Origin: Candidatus Woesearchaeota archaeon
GTDB taxonomy: Archaea; Nanobdellota; Nanobdellia; Woesearchaeales; ARS49
DNA: 64,000 nucleotides
NCBI GenBank assembly: GCA_018302815.1
Contig: JAGVZE010000015.1
Coordinates: 2,328-66,327 of the forward strand
Direction of reading: 5' to 3'
The notes beneath the pieces are model-generated. The model saw only the letters and a program-made list of their open reading frames with translations. It was not told where the DNA came from and made no database searches. The position numbers and the translations under genes were made by a program. Positions 1 through 9,791 of the stretch are shown here, piece after piece (position 1 is the first letter of the stretch; each line of letters opens with the position of its first letter).

Positions 1-463
1 TGCATTTTTCTTCTTTCCGATAGTTGGATCCTTGGTCCTGCAAACGATGCCAGCAATAACCACCAATAAGCAAGCCAGATAATGGCAAGTAAATATTGTC
101 CGCCGGAAAAGGAAGCACAAATGAAAGCGCTGAAAAAGCAAAAGAACTCAGTATTGGCACGCTCCACCAGTTGCGCGATTTCATTTCAGACCACAACCTT
201 TTTGGATCGATGGCTCCTATCACTTCGATTATTGGAGTGTCAGCCGTACAACCCAAAAAGTTATCTACTGATGCTTTGATGGTTGGAAATTCCTCTTCCA
301 CCTCTGTTGCGTACATCACCTTGCCTGCAGGTCGTCCTTTGCATGCCTTTTGAATTCGTTCTAATTTTACTATCTCTTGTTTTAATAAATTTTCAAGTGG
401 TGTTAGCGTGTCTTCAGCGGTAATAAATATTCTGATAGCATCATTTGTCGGAATATCGTACAT
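1..463 (-). CDS. Hypothetical membrane protein, runs off the left window edge
   Basis: Manual translation from ATG at 463 gives MYDIPTNDAIRIF...WWSVPILSSFAFSALSFVLPF...LSGLLIGGYCW, open to base 1. TATA-like element ~25 nt upstream. Not in the ORF track. Confidence 0.7.
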   Translation of the reverse strand, partial: MYDIPTNDAIRIFITAEDTLTPLENLLKQEIVKLERIQKACKGRPAGKVMYATEVEEEFPTIKASVDNFLGCTADTPIIEVIGAIDPKRLWSEMKSRNWWSVPILSSFAFSALSFVLPFPADNIYLPLSGLLIGGYCWHRLQDQGSNYRKEEKC

Positions 464-551
464 ATGACTGCGGTCCTATACTCCATTTAAAAACCTTATC
501 ACAACTCAACTCCAACAATCAATAAAAACTCTACAACACACTGTACTTTCT

Positions 552-1265
552 ATGCCAATTGAAGCAATCGTATTCGACATCGACAATACATTAGTCGATT
601 TTCACACAATGAAGCTTGCCTGCACACAGGCAGGACTTGATAAAATGATAGAGCGCGGAATGCCAATAACCGCAGACGAAGGCAAAAGGATAGTTCCTGA
701 AGTCTTTCGTAACTACGGATGGGAAGACCAACTCTTATTTCGGCACGTCGCGGAATTCGCAGGCGTTCGGCAAGAAGTCGAGCTTGAACGTTATTCCCAG
801 ATAGGCAAAATCGCGTACAGACGCAAACAACGAGAATTCTTGCAGCCATATGAGGGAGTATCCCCGACGCTTGAAGAATTAAAAAAGCGCAAAATCGCAC
901 TTGCAATCCTATCTGACGCTCCGCGATACAAAGTCTTCGACAGGTTATGCGACACAGACCTCGAACCATATTTCGAGAACAACGTGGTTGGAGCAGTTGA
1001 CGATTCCCACAAAAAACCGCACCCAAGCGCATTTGACACAGTTCTTTCGTTAATTGGACGAAAAACCCCTGAGAACGTGATGATGATAGGCGACCATCCT
1101 GTGCGAGACATACTTGGCGCTCGAAACTACGGCTTTGTCACAGCATGGGCAAAATATGGCTATTTCGCTCAACAAGGAGAAAATATAGAGTCTATACAAA
1201 CAAGAGCGCACTATGTCCTTGAACGCTTCAACGACATTCTCAAGAAAGTAGAAGAGCACAAGTAG
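552..1265 (+). CDS. HAD-superfamily hydrolase (subfamily IA)
   Basis: Motif I FDIDNTL, motif II LSD, KKPHP, motif IV MIGDHPVRDILGA. Confidence 0.9.
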   Translation: MPIEAIVFDIDNTLVDFHTMKLACTQAGLDKMIERGMPITADEGKRIVPEVFRNYGWEDQLLFRHVAEFAGVRQEVELERYSQIGKIAYRRKQREFLQPYEGVSPTLEELKKRKIALAILSDAPRYKVFDRLCDTDLEPYFENNVVGAVDDSHKKPHPSAFDTVLSLIGRKTPENVMMIGDHPVRDILGARNYGFVTAWAKYGYFAQQGENIESIQTRAHYVLERFNDILKKVEEHK

Positions 1266-1308
1266 CTATTTAACAACCTTTTTAAACCTCAATAGCAGTA
1301 CCTGTGGC

Positions 1309-2064
1309 ATGAATTGGCTATATCCAATAATAAGCGTCATAATTGTCAGCGCTGTCGCCTTCATCGGCCTTTGGACATTCGCGATGAAAAGCAGCAACTT
1401 GCACAAAATAGTGCTTTACCTTGTAAGTTTTAGCGCAGGAGCGCTTCTTGGAGACGCATTCCTTCATTTATTGCCTGAAGCGGTTGAAGAAACCGGCTTT
1501 GGAATCGCGGTCAGTCTTTACATCTTATTAGGAATAATAATATCATTCGTCATAGAAAAGATAATCTGGAGACACTGCCATTTGCATAAATGCACAGCCG
1601 GACACCACCATGCAAGGCCGCAGCCATTCGCTTATTTGAACCTCATAGGCGATGGAGTGCACAACTTCATTGACGGACTTATTATCGGCGCAAGCTATCT
1701 TGTCAGCGTACCTGTAGGAATATCTACAACACTCGCAGTCATACTTCACGAAATTCCTCAAGAAATAGGAGATTTCGGCGTTTTAGTGCACGGCGGATTC
1801 GAGAGGACGCAGGCACTTTTCTATAATTTCGTCTCAGGCCTTGCGGCAATAATGGGGGTGGTGTTGGCGCTTTTCCTTAACCAGACAACAGCCGTTACCA
1901 ATTTCCTGGTTCCATTCGCAGCAGGAAACTTCATTTACATCGCGTGCACAGACCTACTTCCTGAACTGCACAAAAGCGTCAGCATAAAAGAAAGCCTCGC
2001 GCAAGTACTCATGTTCCTTCTTGGCATCGGAGTAATGGTAGCGCTGCTAGTTTTCCTCGAATGA
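1309..2064 (+). CDS. ZIP family metal (Zn) transporter
   Basis: GDAFLHLLPEA, His-rich loop HCHLH...GHHH, GDGVHNFIDG, HEIPQEIGD. Confidence 0.92.
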   Translation: MNWLYPIISVIIVSAVAFIGLWTFAMKSSNLHKIVLYLVSFSAGALLGDAFLHLLPEAVEETGFGIAVSLYILLGIIISFVIEKIIWRHCHLHKCTAGHHHARPQPFAYLNLIGDGVHNFIDGLIIGASYLVSVPVGISTTLAVILHEIPQEIGDFGVLVHGGFERTQALFYNFVSGLAAIMGVVLALFLNQTTAVTNFLVPFAAGNFIYIACTDLLPELHKSVSIKESLAQVLMFLLGIGVMVALLVFLE

Positions 2065-2615
2065 ACATGGAGCACATAGACATCATCGACGCACACGACA
2101 ATGAAATAGGCATAGCCACACGCGACGAAGTCCATCGCAAAGGACTCCTTCACCGGGGAATATGCGTGCTCATATTCGATTGGAACGGAAAAATATTCGT
2201 GCAGAAACGTTCTTCGATAAAAGATAATTTTCCAGGGCTTTACGAATGCGCCGTGAACGGCCACGTGCTCAGCAGCGAAGCGTACCATCAAGCGGCAGTG
2301 CGGGAATTGCGAGAAGAGCTAGATATAATCACTGCTCCTGCTAAAGTCAAAGAGATAACTCGATTCGGCTTCCATGAATCGAACGAACGGATGCTTGTGA
2401 CGCTCTATGCGCTAAAGGACTTTCACGGAAAAATGCTCCAAGATAGGGAGGAATTAAGTCAAGGTGAATTTTGGACGATGCAAAAACTTCAAAACGAGCT
2501 TAAGAAAAACCCCGCTAAGTTTTACCCCAGTTCTAAAAAATCTTTAGACTTATTCTCAGAATTCGACGCAGAACCCAGAGCATTTATGAACGTAAAGCGC
2601 ACAAAACTTAAATAG
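2061..2615 (+). CDS. NUDIX hydrolase (Idi/YfcD-like)
   Basis: HRKGLLHR, VQKRS, Nudix box GHVLSSEAYHQAAVRELREELDI. Confidence 0.85.
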   Translation: MNMEHIDIIDAHDNEIGIATRDEVHRKGLLHRGICVLIFDWNGKIFVQKRSSIKDNFPGLYECAVNGHVLSSEAYHQAAVRELREELDIITAPAKVKEITRFGFHESNERMLVTLYALKDFHGKMLQDREELSQGEFWTMQKLQNELKKNPAKFYPSSKKSLDLFSEFDAEPRAFMNVKRTKLK

Positions 2616-2640
2616 TCCCGTTCTTGATGAATGTTCTTAG

Positions 2641-3600
2641 ATGAATGTTGTCGTCATCGGTGGAGGCACCGGAAGTTACACTGTTCTTAAAGGGCTAAAA
2701 CAGCTCACATCAGGCATAACTGCCATCGTTTCAATGTTCGACAGCGGAGGAAGCACAGGACTTCTTCGCGATGAATTCGGAGTCTTACCTCCGGGAGATG
2801 TTCGGCGCTGCCTCATTGCCCTTGCAGAAGATGAAACTCTTCGCGACCTATTTCAGTATCGATTCAAGACTGATAGCAGCCTGCACGGACATTCATTAGG
2901 AAATTTGTTTATTACAGCTTTAAAGCACATCACAGGAAGCGATGCGCAGGCAATAAAGCTCGCATCCCGCCTGCTTCGCATAAAAGGCACAGTGCTGCCC
3001 GTAACGCTTGGAAACGCGCACCTATTGGCGGAACTTGAAGATGGAACAACAATCAAAGGCGAAACGCACATCGACATTCCTGCGCATAACGGAGCGCTTA
3101 GAATCAGCAAGCTAAAACTCGATCCTCCTGTAACTGCAAATGATGAAGCTTTAGCAGCGATAGAAAAAGCAGACCTTGTGGTAATAGGACCCGGAGATTT
3201 ATTCACAAGCGTTCTTCCCAATCTTCTTGTCGATGGAGTTTCTTGCGCGCTTTCAAAGACAAAAGCGCTCAAAGTATACGTTTGCAATTTGATGACTAAA
3301 TTCGGCGAAACAACCAATTTCACAGCTTCAGAGCACCTCAAAGAAATCATAAAATACGGATGCAAACCGGACGTAATACTTTGCAATAACGCAAGTTATT
3401 CCCAAGAACTCATTAAAGCATATCATGAAAATAAGCAAACGCCTGTTGACATCGACAAAGAAGCAATAAGCCGATTAGGAGTTGAATTAGTGACGGCTGC
3501 GCTTTCTACTTCGCCGGACCTTATCAGGCATGATTCGCTCAAGCTCGCAAACGCTCTTTTACTTTTGAAGCAGAAGAACGATCGCGACAATAAGGAATAA
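2641..3600 (+). CDS. yvcK: YvcK/GlmR (CofD-related, UPF0052) family protein
   Basis: VVVIGGGTG, DSGGSTGLLR, PPGDVRRCL, GHSLGNL, GPGDLFTSVLPNL, RHDS. Confidence 0.9.
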   Translation: MNVVVIGGGTGSYTVLKGLKQLTSGITAIVSMFDSGGSTGLLRDEFGVLPPGDVRRCLIALAEDETLRDLFQYRFKTDSSLHGHSLGNLFITALKHITGSDAQAIKLASRLLRIKGTVLPVTLGNAHLLAELEDGTTIKGETHIDIPAHNGALRISKLKLDPPVTANDEALAAIEKADLVVIGPGDLFTSVLPNLLVDGVSCALSKTKALKVYVCNLMTKFGETTNFTASEHLKEIIKYGCKPDVILCNNASYSQELIKAYHENKQTPVDIDKEAISRLGVELVTAALSTSPDLIRHDSLKLANALLLLKQKNDRDNKE

Positions 3601-3693
3601 AATCTGCGCGGCCTTCTCGTGATATGGGATAAAGCCCAAAAACAAAAGCACTAGCCCTAACAAATTAAGCACTCCTAACGTTCTCATATTCAT
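3559..3693 (-). CDS. Small 2-TM membrane protein, 44 aa (below ORF-track cutoff)
   Basis: MNMRTLGVLNLLGLVLLFLGFIPYHEKAAQILFLIVAIVLLLQK. Its ATG overlaps the TGA of the upstream CcdA-like gene (ATGA coupling). Confidence 0.55.
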   Translation of the reverse strand: MNMRTLGVLNLLGLVLLFLGFIPYHEKAAQILFLIVAIVLLLQK

Positions 3694-4388
3694 CCTGTAC
3701 TCACCCCGAGCGTGTAGTATATCATCCAGCCTGCAAGCGCGAGCAGCAAAAGTCCGATAGCAAGGCGCATAAGCCCCTTGTGCTTATTCCTCCACCGCTC
3801 AAGCTTGCTCCAATGGACGCCCTTAGTCACAAAAAATAGTATGACTACCAGCGGAAGCACGAAAATAAGATTGTATATGATGAGCAGAATAATGTTGTGT
3901 GTGGTGACGCCTGCAAGAGACATCAGCGCGAGAACAGCAAGGTACACAGCTCCAGTGCACGGAAGCTCAACAAGCGCAACAAATACGCCCAAGAACGCGG
4001 AAGTGAGCGGTGAATCCCCTACTTTTGTAACATATTTCTTTATACGTTCAGCTTCCGATGGAAAAATGGAAAGAGAGAACCCTCGTCCATACCAGAAGAA
4101 ATCTTTTATTTCTAACAGGCCGGCAAGAGCGATTATTCCAGCTATCACGTAATAACTAATGACGGAAAATCCTGCGAGCGAGCGGATAATAGGCAAAAGC
4201 ACCAAACCTGCGACTAAGTACGTGAGGAAAACGAATGTGATGTAAACAAGACCGTTGAAGAGCATATGGCTCTTGTGCGCGGTCTTAGCCAAATACGCGA
4301 GCATGAAAATCAACACTCCGAACGCGCACGGATTGATGCCGTCAATAAGGGCGGCGCCAACCACGATAGGCAAACTAATCTCAGCCAT
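3690..4388 (-). CDS. CcdA/DsbD-like transmembrane electron transporter
   Basis: DGINPCAF and VELPCTGAVY (two PC motifs), ~6 TM. Start moved to ATG 4388 (TGATG overlap). Confidence 0.8.
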   Translation of the reverse strand: MAEISLPIVVGAALIDGINPCAFGVLIFMLAYLAKTAHKSHMLFNGLVYITFVFLTYLVAGLVLLPIIRSLAGFSVISYYVIAGIIALAGLLEIKDFFWYGRGFSLSIFPSEAERIKKYVTKVGDSPLTSAFLGVFVALVELPCTGAVYLAVLALMSLAGVTTHNIILLIIYNLIFVLPLVVILFFVTKGVHWSKLERWRNKHKGLMRLAIGLLLLALAGWMIYYTLGVSTG

Positions 4389-4453
4389 CAGCAAAACTCA
4401 CACACGTTTTTCTTCTTCACTGCTTTCTTAGCTGTTTTCTTTTTCGCGGCCAT
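4388..4453 (-). CDS. Putative 21-aa Lys-rich CxxC microprotein
   Basis: MAAKKKTAKKAVKKKNVCEFC*. GAGGTGA RBS just upstream; stop overlaps the next ATG (TGATG). Confidence 0.6.
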   Translation of the reverse strand: MAAKKKTAKKAVKKKNVCEFC

Positions 4454-4461
4454 CTTTCACC

Positions 4462-4995
4462 TCATTCAAATGTGATAACAATATCATCGCCATCTTTCCA
4501 AGCGTATTGGTCAAATTCAAGCTGCGGCGCTCCATTAACCATCATCCGCACTATGCCTGCTTTTTCATCAGAACATAAATCATCATTGCAATATTTTCCG
4601 ATGCATCGCGAGGAAAAAGGCAGGTCCATCTCAGTTAGGAACGCTCCAACTTTCAAGGGAGCATCATTTAACAATCGATGAGTCACAGGGTCGTATGGCA
4701 ATCTTTCGTGGAAATGGATGTAATTACGTTCTTTGTGCGTATGCGGACCTTCCAATGGACCGTGTTCGAGCGGGAACAATGTTTTCTCACCGCAAATATG
4801 AACTGCTATGTCCGCGTGGATATGGAACGTCTTTATGCATCGGTCTTCATAGCAAACCTCGAATTCCTCAATCTGCTCAACTGAAGAGCGATAAGTATAG
4901 ACTGAGTACACAAGAAACACAGTAAAACCTAACACTGCAATAAACCCAAGAAAGCGCAGCAAGGCGCTGCCTGTTCCCACACTCTTCTTTTTCAT
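4462..4995 (-). CDS. Membrane-anchored His/Cys-motif protein (putative metal-binding)
   Basis: N-terminal TM, then HIHAD, HTH, HFHE, C-x4-C-x4-C, MMVNG...WKDGDDIVITF. Likely start MKKKSVG at 4995. Confidence 0.7.
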   Translation of the reverse strand: MKKKSVGTGSALLRFLGFIAVLGFTVFLVYSVYTYRSSVEQIEEFEVCYEDRCIKTFHIHADIAVHICGEKTLFPLEHGPLEGPHTHKERNYIHFHERLPYDPVTHRLLNDAPLKVGAFLTEMDLPFSSRCIGKYCNDDLCSDEKAGIVRMMVNGAPQLEFDQYAWKDGDDIVITFE

Positions 4996-5073
4996 TACCC
5001 TTTCAAGAGCATTGGCCTTTAAAAACCTTTTTGCCAAAACATTTATAAACCCCCTCACGGGCGTTTTTCATCT

Positions 5074-5298
5074 ATGAATAACTGGAAAATAACCTTTGAA
5101 GTATATGTGCAGAGGAACGGTATCCAAGAACGCCGAGTGCGCGAGACCTACGCGCAAGCAGATAATATCAGAACAGCTTGCGATTTATTCGCTGAAACAC
5201 TTTGGCCGGAAATGCAGGAAAAAGACAAAAAGAAAGAAACCCCTGAACTTATCGGCGCACAATACCGCGTAACTTCAATAGATCAGCATTTGAAATAG
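5074..5298 (+). CDS. Hypothetical protein
   Basis: 74-aa ORF with TTTATAAA box ~24 nt upstream of ATG. Confidence 0.6.
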   Translation: MNNWKITFEVYVQRNGIQERRVRETYAQADNIRTACDLFAETLWPEMQEKDKKKETPELIGAQYRVTSIDQHLK

Positions 5299-5337
5299 GC
5301 GTAACATTTAAAACTCTTCGCGCACAACGATAGTTCA

Positions 5338-6522
5338 ATGGAAAATATTCTTCTTAATTTTTTAGTACCACTCACCATTCTATTCTTTGTGCCGAAAATA
5401 ATTTTCAGGCTTTATTCCATACCTTTTCCAATAACTGAAATAGTGCTCGGCATCACAATTGGAAGCGTATTTCCCGGTTTTTTCGCGCAAGATGATATCC
5501 TTCAAGTCATATCTACTCTTGGAATAATAACTCTCTTCGTTCATTCTGGAATGGAAGTGGACCTTCATTTCATCCTACGAAGGAAGCGCTTTTTCATCGA
5601 GAATATCCTTCGAAGTATGGTTGTAATAACTCTAGTTGCGGTGCTCATAAAATATTTGTTCAAGACTTCCCTGATAATAGGATTTGTCGCGTCCCTTGGA
5701 TTCACAACACCTTCGGCAAGTTATATTTTTTCCATGCTCAGGCTGGAATCAAACAAACTTAAAAATTGGATAGGGGGCAAAGCCATAGCAGGAGAACTCC
5801 TTGCACTCATAATGGTCGTCGTATTGCTCAACATATCGAAACCTGTCAAACTCGCAATATCACTTGCAGCGGTAATATTGCTGGTGACGCTATTGCCATT
5901 CGTTCTGCGCGCGATTTACCGAATTGTATTCAGTAAACTCATAGGCCAAGAGTTCTCATTCATTTTTGTAGTCGCGGTGATATCCGCTTTCGTCACAGAG
6001 ATGCTAGGACTCCATTTCCTCTTTGGCGCGTTTCTTGCAGGCATCGTCTCGCGTGAATTCGTGCATCATCTTGTAAAAGCGAAGGAATATAAGCACGTCA
6101 CCGTAGAAACCGGCCAGCAGATAATCGAAGGCTTCTCTTATTTTGCCATACTCTTCGCCCCTTTCTATTTTTTCTCAGTTGGTCTTACACTAAGTTCCCA
6201 AGACATATCTTTTCCCCTTGTTCTTTCAACAATAGCGCTAGGGCTTGGAATTTTGGCTGTGCGCGTGCTTTTCATAGTCCTTCATCGACGTTCAAGAATA
6301 CAAGAACCAAGAGCGCGCAGTTTCCAAATATCGGTCGCAATACTTCCAACATTATTCTTTTCATTCGTCATAGCGGAGATACTTAGAACAAACTTTGAAG
6401 CAGATGTTTTACTATTTAATACGCTCATGGTATATGGACTTGTGAGCACAATAGTCGGATTCGTCCTACAAAGAATCACGACCTTAAAACGTCGTTTTAA
6501 ATCAATAAAAATACAATCGTAA
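5338..6522 (+). CDS. Cation:proton antiporter (CPA2/Kef-type)
   Basis: ~12 TM; EIVLGITIG, LFVHSGMEVD, GLHFLFGAFLAG, PFYFFSVG. Confidence 0.82.
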   Translation: MENILLNFLVPLTILFFVPKIIFRLYSIPFPITEIVLGITIGSVFPGFFAQDDILQVISTLGIITLFVHSGMEVDLHFILRRKRFFIENILRSMVVITLVAVLIKYLFKTSLIIGFVASLGFTTPSASYIFSMLRLESNKLKNWIGGKAIAGELLALIMVVVLLNISKPVKLAISLAAVILLVTLLPFVLRAIYRIVFSKLIGQEFSFIFVVAVISAFVTEMLGLHFLFGAFLAGIVSREFVHHLVKAKEYKHVTVETGQQIIEGFSYFAILFAPFYFFSVGLTLSSQDISFPLVLSTIALGLGILAVRVLFIVLHRRSRIQEPRARSFQISVAILPTLFFSFVIAEILRTNFEADVLLFNTLMVYGLVSTIVGFVLQRITTLKRRFKSIKIQS

Positions 6523-6856
6523 TCGCGGCGGCTATAATCGCAGAAATCAACACGAGCTTTATCGATTGAAAGATATCTTTCTTATTGTTCTGCGTTTGTA
6601 ATACCTTTTTCGCGGATCCTCGTTCTTTAAAGTTATATTCGCCACGCAGCCCATAATAAACACAAAAATTCTGCTTTGCCTGAACGAAACCTAGCACGGA
6701 AATAAAAAGAGGAACGAAAATAAGCCATTTGAACTCTGAGTGGAATAAAAAGAACGCTAAAAATACGCTAATCAACGCGAACAAAATACCTATCCGAACC
6801 CGCGAACGCTTTTCACGAGAACCGATGTTGCAGGTGCCGGGAACGTACGGGGTCAT
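6497..6856 (-). CDS. Small membrane protein (DUF2892/YgaP-like)
   Basis: YVPGTCNIGSREKRSR, TM pairs, QAKQNFCVYYG. Confidence 0.65.
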   Translation of the reverse strand: MTPYVPGTCNIGSREKRSRVRIGILFALISVFLAFFLFHSEFKWLIFVPLFISVLGFVQAKQNFCVYYGLRGEYNFKERGSAKKVLQTQNNKKDIFQSIKLVLISAIIAAAITIVFLLI

Positions 6857-6996
6857 ACAGTCATTAGATGCGAGTATGTATAAAAAGCTAATTGGCGATT
6901 GGAATTTAAGATTAGTTCGTTTGTGATTCTTAATTCTTAGTTAAATTTATAAGGCAACGAGTGCGAGAATTTGAAAGGATAGACGATAATCCTTTT

Positions 6997-7080
6997 GCGG
7001 CCATGGCACAATCCGGTACTGCGTCGGTCTTGAAAACCGATTTCCGAAAGGATATCCCGGTTCAAATCCGGGTGGCCGCG
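6997..7080 (+). tRNA. tRNA-Ser(TGA)
   Basis: Acceptor GCGGCCA/TGGCCGC+G; anticodon arm TCGGT-CT TGA AA-ACCGA; long variable arm; T-arm CCCGG-TTCAAAT-CCGGG. Confidence 0.95.
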
Positions 7081-7221
7081 TATTTTTATTTCTCAAAAAC
7101 TTCGTTATTGTAATTTTTGTGTATATTGTCACCCTGATTTGAACATCTGCGGACTGCTAGGCAGTCCTTGACATCAAAATTCTCGCGCCGCTCGAATTTC
7201 GATGAATCCGGGTGGCCGCGT
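7081..7221 (+). repeat. tRNA-downstream structured unit ending in a 17-bp copy of the tRNA-Ser 3' end
   Basis: AATCCGGGTGGCCGCGT at 7065-7081 and 7205-7221; internal GATTTGAAC plus two hairpins. Confidence 0.85.
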
Positions 7222-7249
7222 CTAATATTGGTTTGAATGAAGAAATCAG

Positions 7250-7795
7250 TTAAAGTTTATTCTTAGGAATGACAATCGAGCCTTCAGTTCTGTCTCCTAC
7301 GTGCTCTGCTTTTCCGTGATAGTAGAGATAACCTGCTATGACTGCAGCCGCGGCGTCACGCTCGTGCTGGTTGCCTGCGCCCTCAAGATTCGCGTTTAAA
7401 ACCTTTTTTACAAGCTTAGCCACAGCTATCTGCGTATTCTTGCGCGGAATCTTCGCTGAGTCAAAAACCGCTCCGGGGAACACTTCTATTAATTTTCCTC
7501 TGATGCTTTTCTTTAGCCTGATGCCTCTTTCTGTCAAAGGAATCATTGTTGGAAGAAGCGGAGAGAATATCTTGATTTTTCTTTTGAGAAGTTCAGATTC
7601 CGCTTTACGCCACATTCCTTTTTTGGGTTTTGAAAGCGGAGCGTCAATTGCTATGACGTGCGGACGCTCATCCTTTATCGCTTCTAGAATTTCTTTATCG
7701 CTTTTGACGGAAAAGGCGCGCACGCGGGAACCGTCATAAATGGCCATGCCAGTTATGCCTTTTTCAGATGCAAGATCAATCCCCAGAACCTTCAT
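7250..7795 (-). CDS. DUF429 family protein (RNase H-like fold, predicted nuclease)
   Basis: VLGIDLA, IAIDAPLS, RKAESEL, IEVFPGA, HERDA. Confidence 0.85.
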   Translation of the reverse strand: MKVLGIDLASEKGITGMAIYDGSRVRAFSVKSDKEILEAIKDERPHVIAIDAPLSKPKKGMWRKAESELLKRKIKIFSPLLPTMIPLTERGIRLKKSIRGKLIEVFPGAVFDSAKIPRKNTQIAVAKLVKKVLNANLEGAGNQHERDAAAAVIAGYLYYHGKAEHVGDRTEGSIVIPKNKL

Positions 7796-7860
7796 ACCTT
7801 AAGCCCATCAGTCACTCTTTTTAAACGTTATTGTCGCTGTGTGGGAGAACGTATACTGAT

Positions 7861-9042
7861 TCACTTCTTTTTGAGTAAATGCCTTAACATGAAGGGGGAT
7901 ATAAGCGTTGAAATAAGCGCCATGAAAATCAGCGAAGAGAATACTTGGGAAGATATGACTCCTGCGGTTAATGCAAATTGCGCTATAACGAGTTCAGTAT
8001 CGCCTTTCGCGTTCATCGCCCATCCTGCAATCCACGCCTCGTTCCAGTTGTGATATGATAAAACATACCCTGTCGCGCTTCCTACTACGGTGCCTGCAAT
8101 GGAGAGCAAAGTTATCACAATGCCAAAAGTCAGGTTCTGCCAAATCGCCAAGATATTAGTTTGGAATCCCACGTGGAAGAAGAAAAACGGAACAATAAAT
8201 CCGAACGCGAGCGTGTGCATCGAGTGAGTAATTTCCGCCTTCTCCCAGGGCCTATGGCCCTTATCTTTCAAAAGAACCTGACGCCAGATAACTCCGCTGA
8301 ATAACGCTCCGATAAGCGCGCCTATGCCTAAAATTTCGGCAAGGGAAGCCATGAACAAAGTGATTATCAGCGCGGCGGTGAATAACTGGGCTCGTTCAGG
8401 CTGCTGTTCCACAAGATACAATACAAAGGGGATGGCCCACAATCTGAACGCTACGACGAGAATCGCGAATAGAACCACTCCTGATGCGAGCTGAGCGATA
8501 GATGTGTGCATAACGCTTGTTTCGAGAACAGTGAGGACACTGGTAATTAGAAACAATTCCACAATATCATCAAACGATCCTGCGCTCACTATGAGCGCGC
8601 CAAGACGCGTGCGAAGCTTACCAAACTCTTCCATGAGGTCAAGAGCTATTGCAGTCGCGCTAACGCTCATACACACTCCAACAATCAGGCTCGTGCCATA
8701 TTCCATCCCGAATACATATCTGCTGGCCACAAATCCCAAGCTAAGCGGAAGAATAGTATTGAAAAATGAAATCCACCAAGAAGGCACTATCTCTTTGGTA
8801 ATTTGGCGCAGGTCTATTTGAATGCCAACAAAAAACAAAAGCAATATGGCTCCGATATCCGCTAAAAATCCTATCAGCCACGCGCTCTCCTGAGTGAAAA
8901 GGACATCTTTCAAAAACGGAATGCCGAATATCATCCCTGCAATTATATGGCTCACCACTCTTGGCACTTTAACTATCCTTAGAATCTCAGATAGGAAGAA
9001 CATCGCCGCGAGAGCGAGCAATAAGGTTACTATAGTGTTCAT
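7861..9042 (-). CDS. Cation:proton antiporter (CPA2, NapA-like)
   Basis: LLFFVGIQID, SVSATAIA, FDDI, PFFFFHVG, MNAKGDTELVIA. Confidence 0.88.
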   Translation of the reverse strand: MNTIVTLLLALAAMFFLSEILRIVKVPRVVSHIIAGMIFGIPFLKDVLFTQESAWLIGFLADIGAILLLFFVGIQIDLRQITKEIVPSWWISFFNTILPLSLGFVASRYVFGMEYGTSLIVGVCMSVSATAIALDLMEEFGKLRTRLGALIVSAGSFDDIVELFLITSVLTVLETSVMHTSIAQLASGVVLFAILVVAFRLWAIPFVLYLVEQQPERAQLFTAALIITLFMASLAEILGIGALIGALFSGVIWRQVLLKDKGHRPWEKAEITHSMHTLAFGFIVPFFFFHVGFQTNILAIWQNLTFGIVITLLSIAGTVVGSATGYVLSYHNWNEAWIAGWAMNAKGDTELVIAQFALTAGVISSQVFSSLIFMALISTLISPFMLRHLLKKK

Positions 9043-9134
9043 GGTCCTCTTTTAGCTCTATTCCAAGAATCAGAATATTTAAATATTCGCACTTTCGCGA
9101 AAACCTTGATATTCTTCATATTGGAGGGAGTTAA

Positions 9135-9707
9135 ATGAACATGACAACATTGGTCGGAAAGCCAGCACCAGAATTCACGACAGAAGCGTTTGTGAACGGA
9201 AAGAGCACCAAAGTTAGCCTTAAAGCCCTGCGCGGCAAATGGGTGATACTCGCGTTCTATCCTGCGGACTTCACTTTCATATGTCCGACAGAGCTTGGAG
9301 AACTTGCGGATATGTATGATTCGTTCAAAAAAATGAACGTGGAAGTACTATCTGTCAGCACGGACACAGTATTTGTCCATAAAGCATGGCACGACAACAG
9401 TCCGACCATCAAGAAAATCAGGTTCCCGATGCTCGCAGATCCGACACGCAAACTATGCTCTGATTACGGCACGCTCATCGAACATGAGGGACTTAGCCTT
9501 AGATGCACAGTAATAATCGATCCGAAAGGAGTAGTTCGAAGCTATGATATCCACGACAACAGCATCGGAAGGACAGTCCACGAAATAATGCGAAGGCTTC
9601 AAGCCGCGCAGTTCGTCGAAAAGAACCAAGGCCTTGTCTGTCCAGCGAGCTGGAAACCGGGACAAAAAACATTGAAACCTGGAATGGATCTTGTCGGCAA
9701 GATATAA
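9135..9707 (+). CDS. ahpC: 2-Cys peroxiredoxin (AhpC)
   Basis: FYPADFTFICPTEL and VCPASW; GGAGG RBS. Confidence 0.95.
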   Translation: MNMTTLVGKPAPEFTTEAFVNGKSTKVSLKALRGKWVILAFYPADFTFICPTELGELADMYDSFKKMNVEVLSVSTDTVFVHKAWHDNSPTIKKIRFPMLADPTRKLCSDYGTLIEHEGLSLRCTVIIDPKGVVRSYDIHDNSIGRTVHEIMRRLQAAQFVEKNQGLVCPASWKPGQKTLKPGMDLVGKI

Positions 9708-9791
9708 GCCACTTTTTTATTTTATTTACTTTATTTATTCTGCATTCGTTATTTTTTTCAACATTTCGCTAATGATAGTTAAAACTAAATC

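Noticed and set aside
82..353. Plus-strand ORFs 82-279 and 96-353
   Set aside because: They are antisense to a longer minus-strand gene (1-463) that has a plausible promoter.
7081..7221. Intact prophage or integrative element at tRNA-Ser
   Set aside because: Only ~140 bp lie between the direct repeats; no integrase or viral genes in the window.
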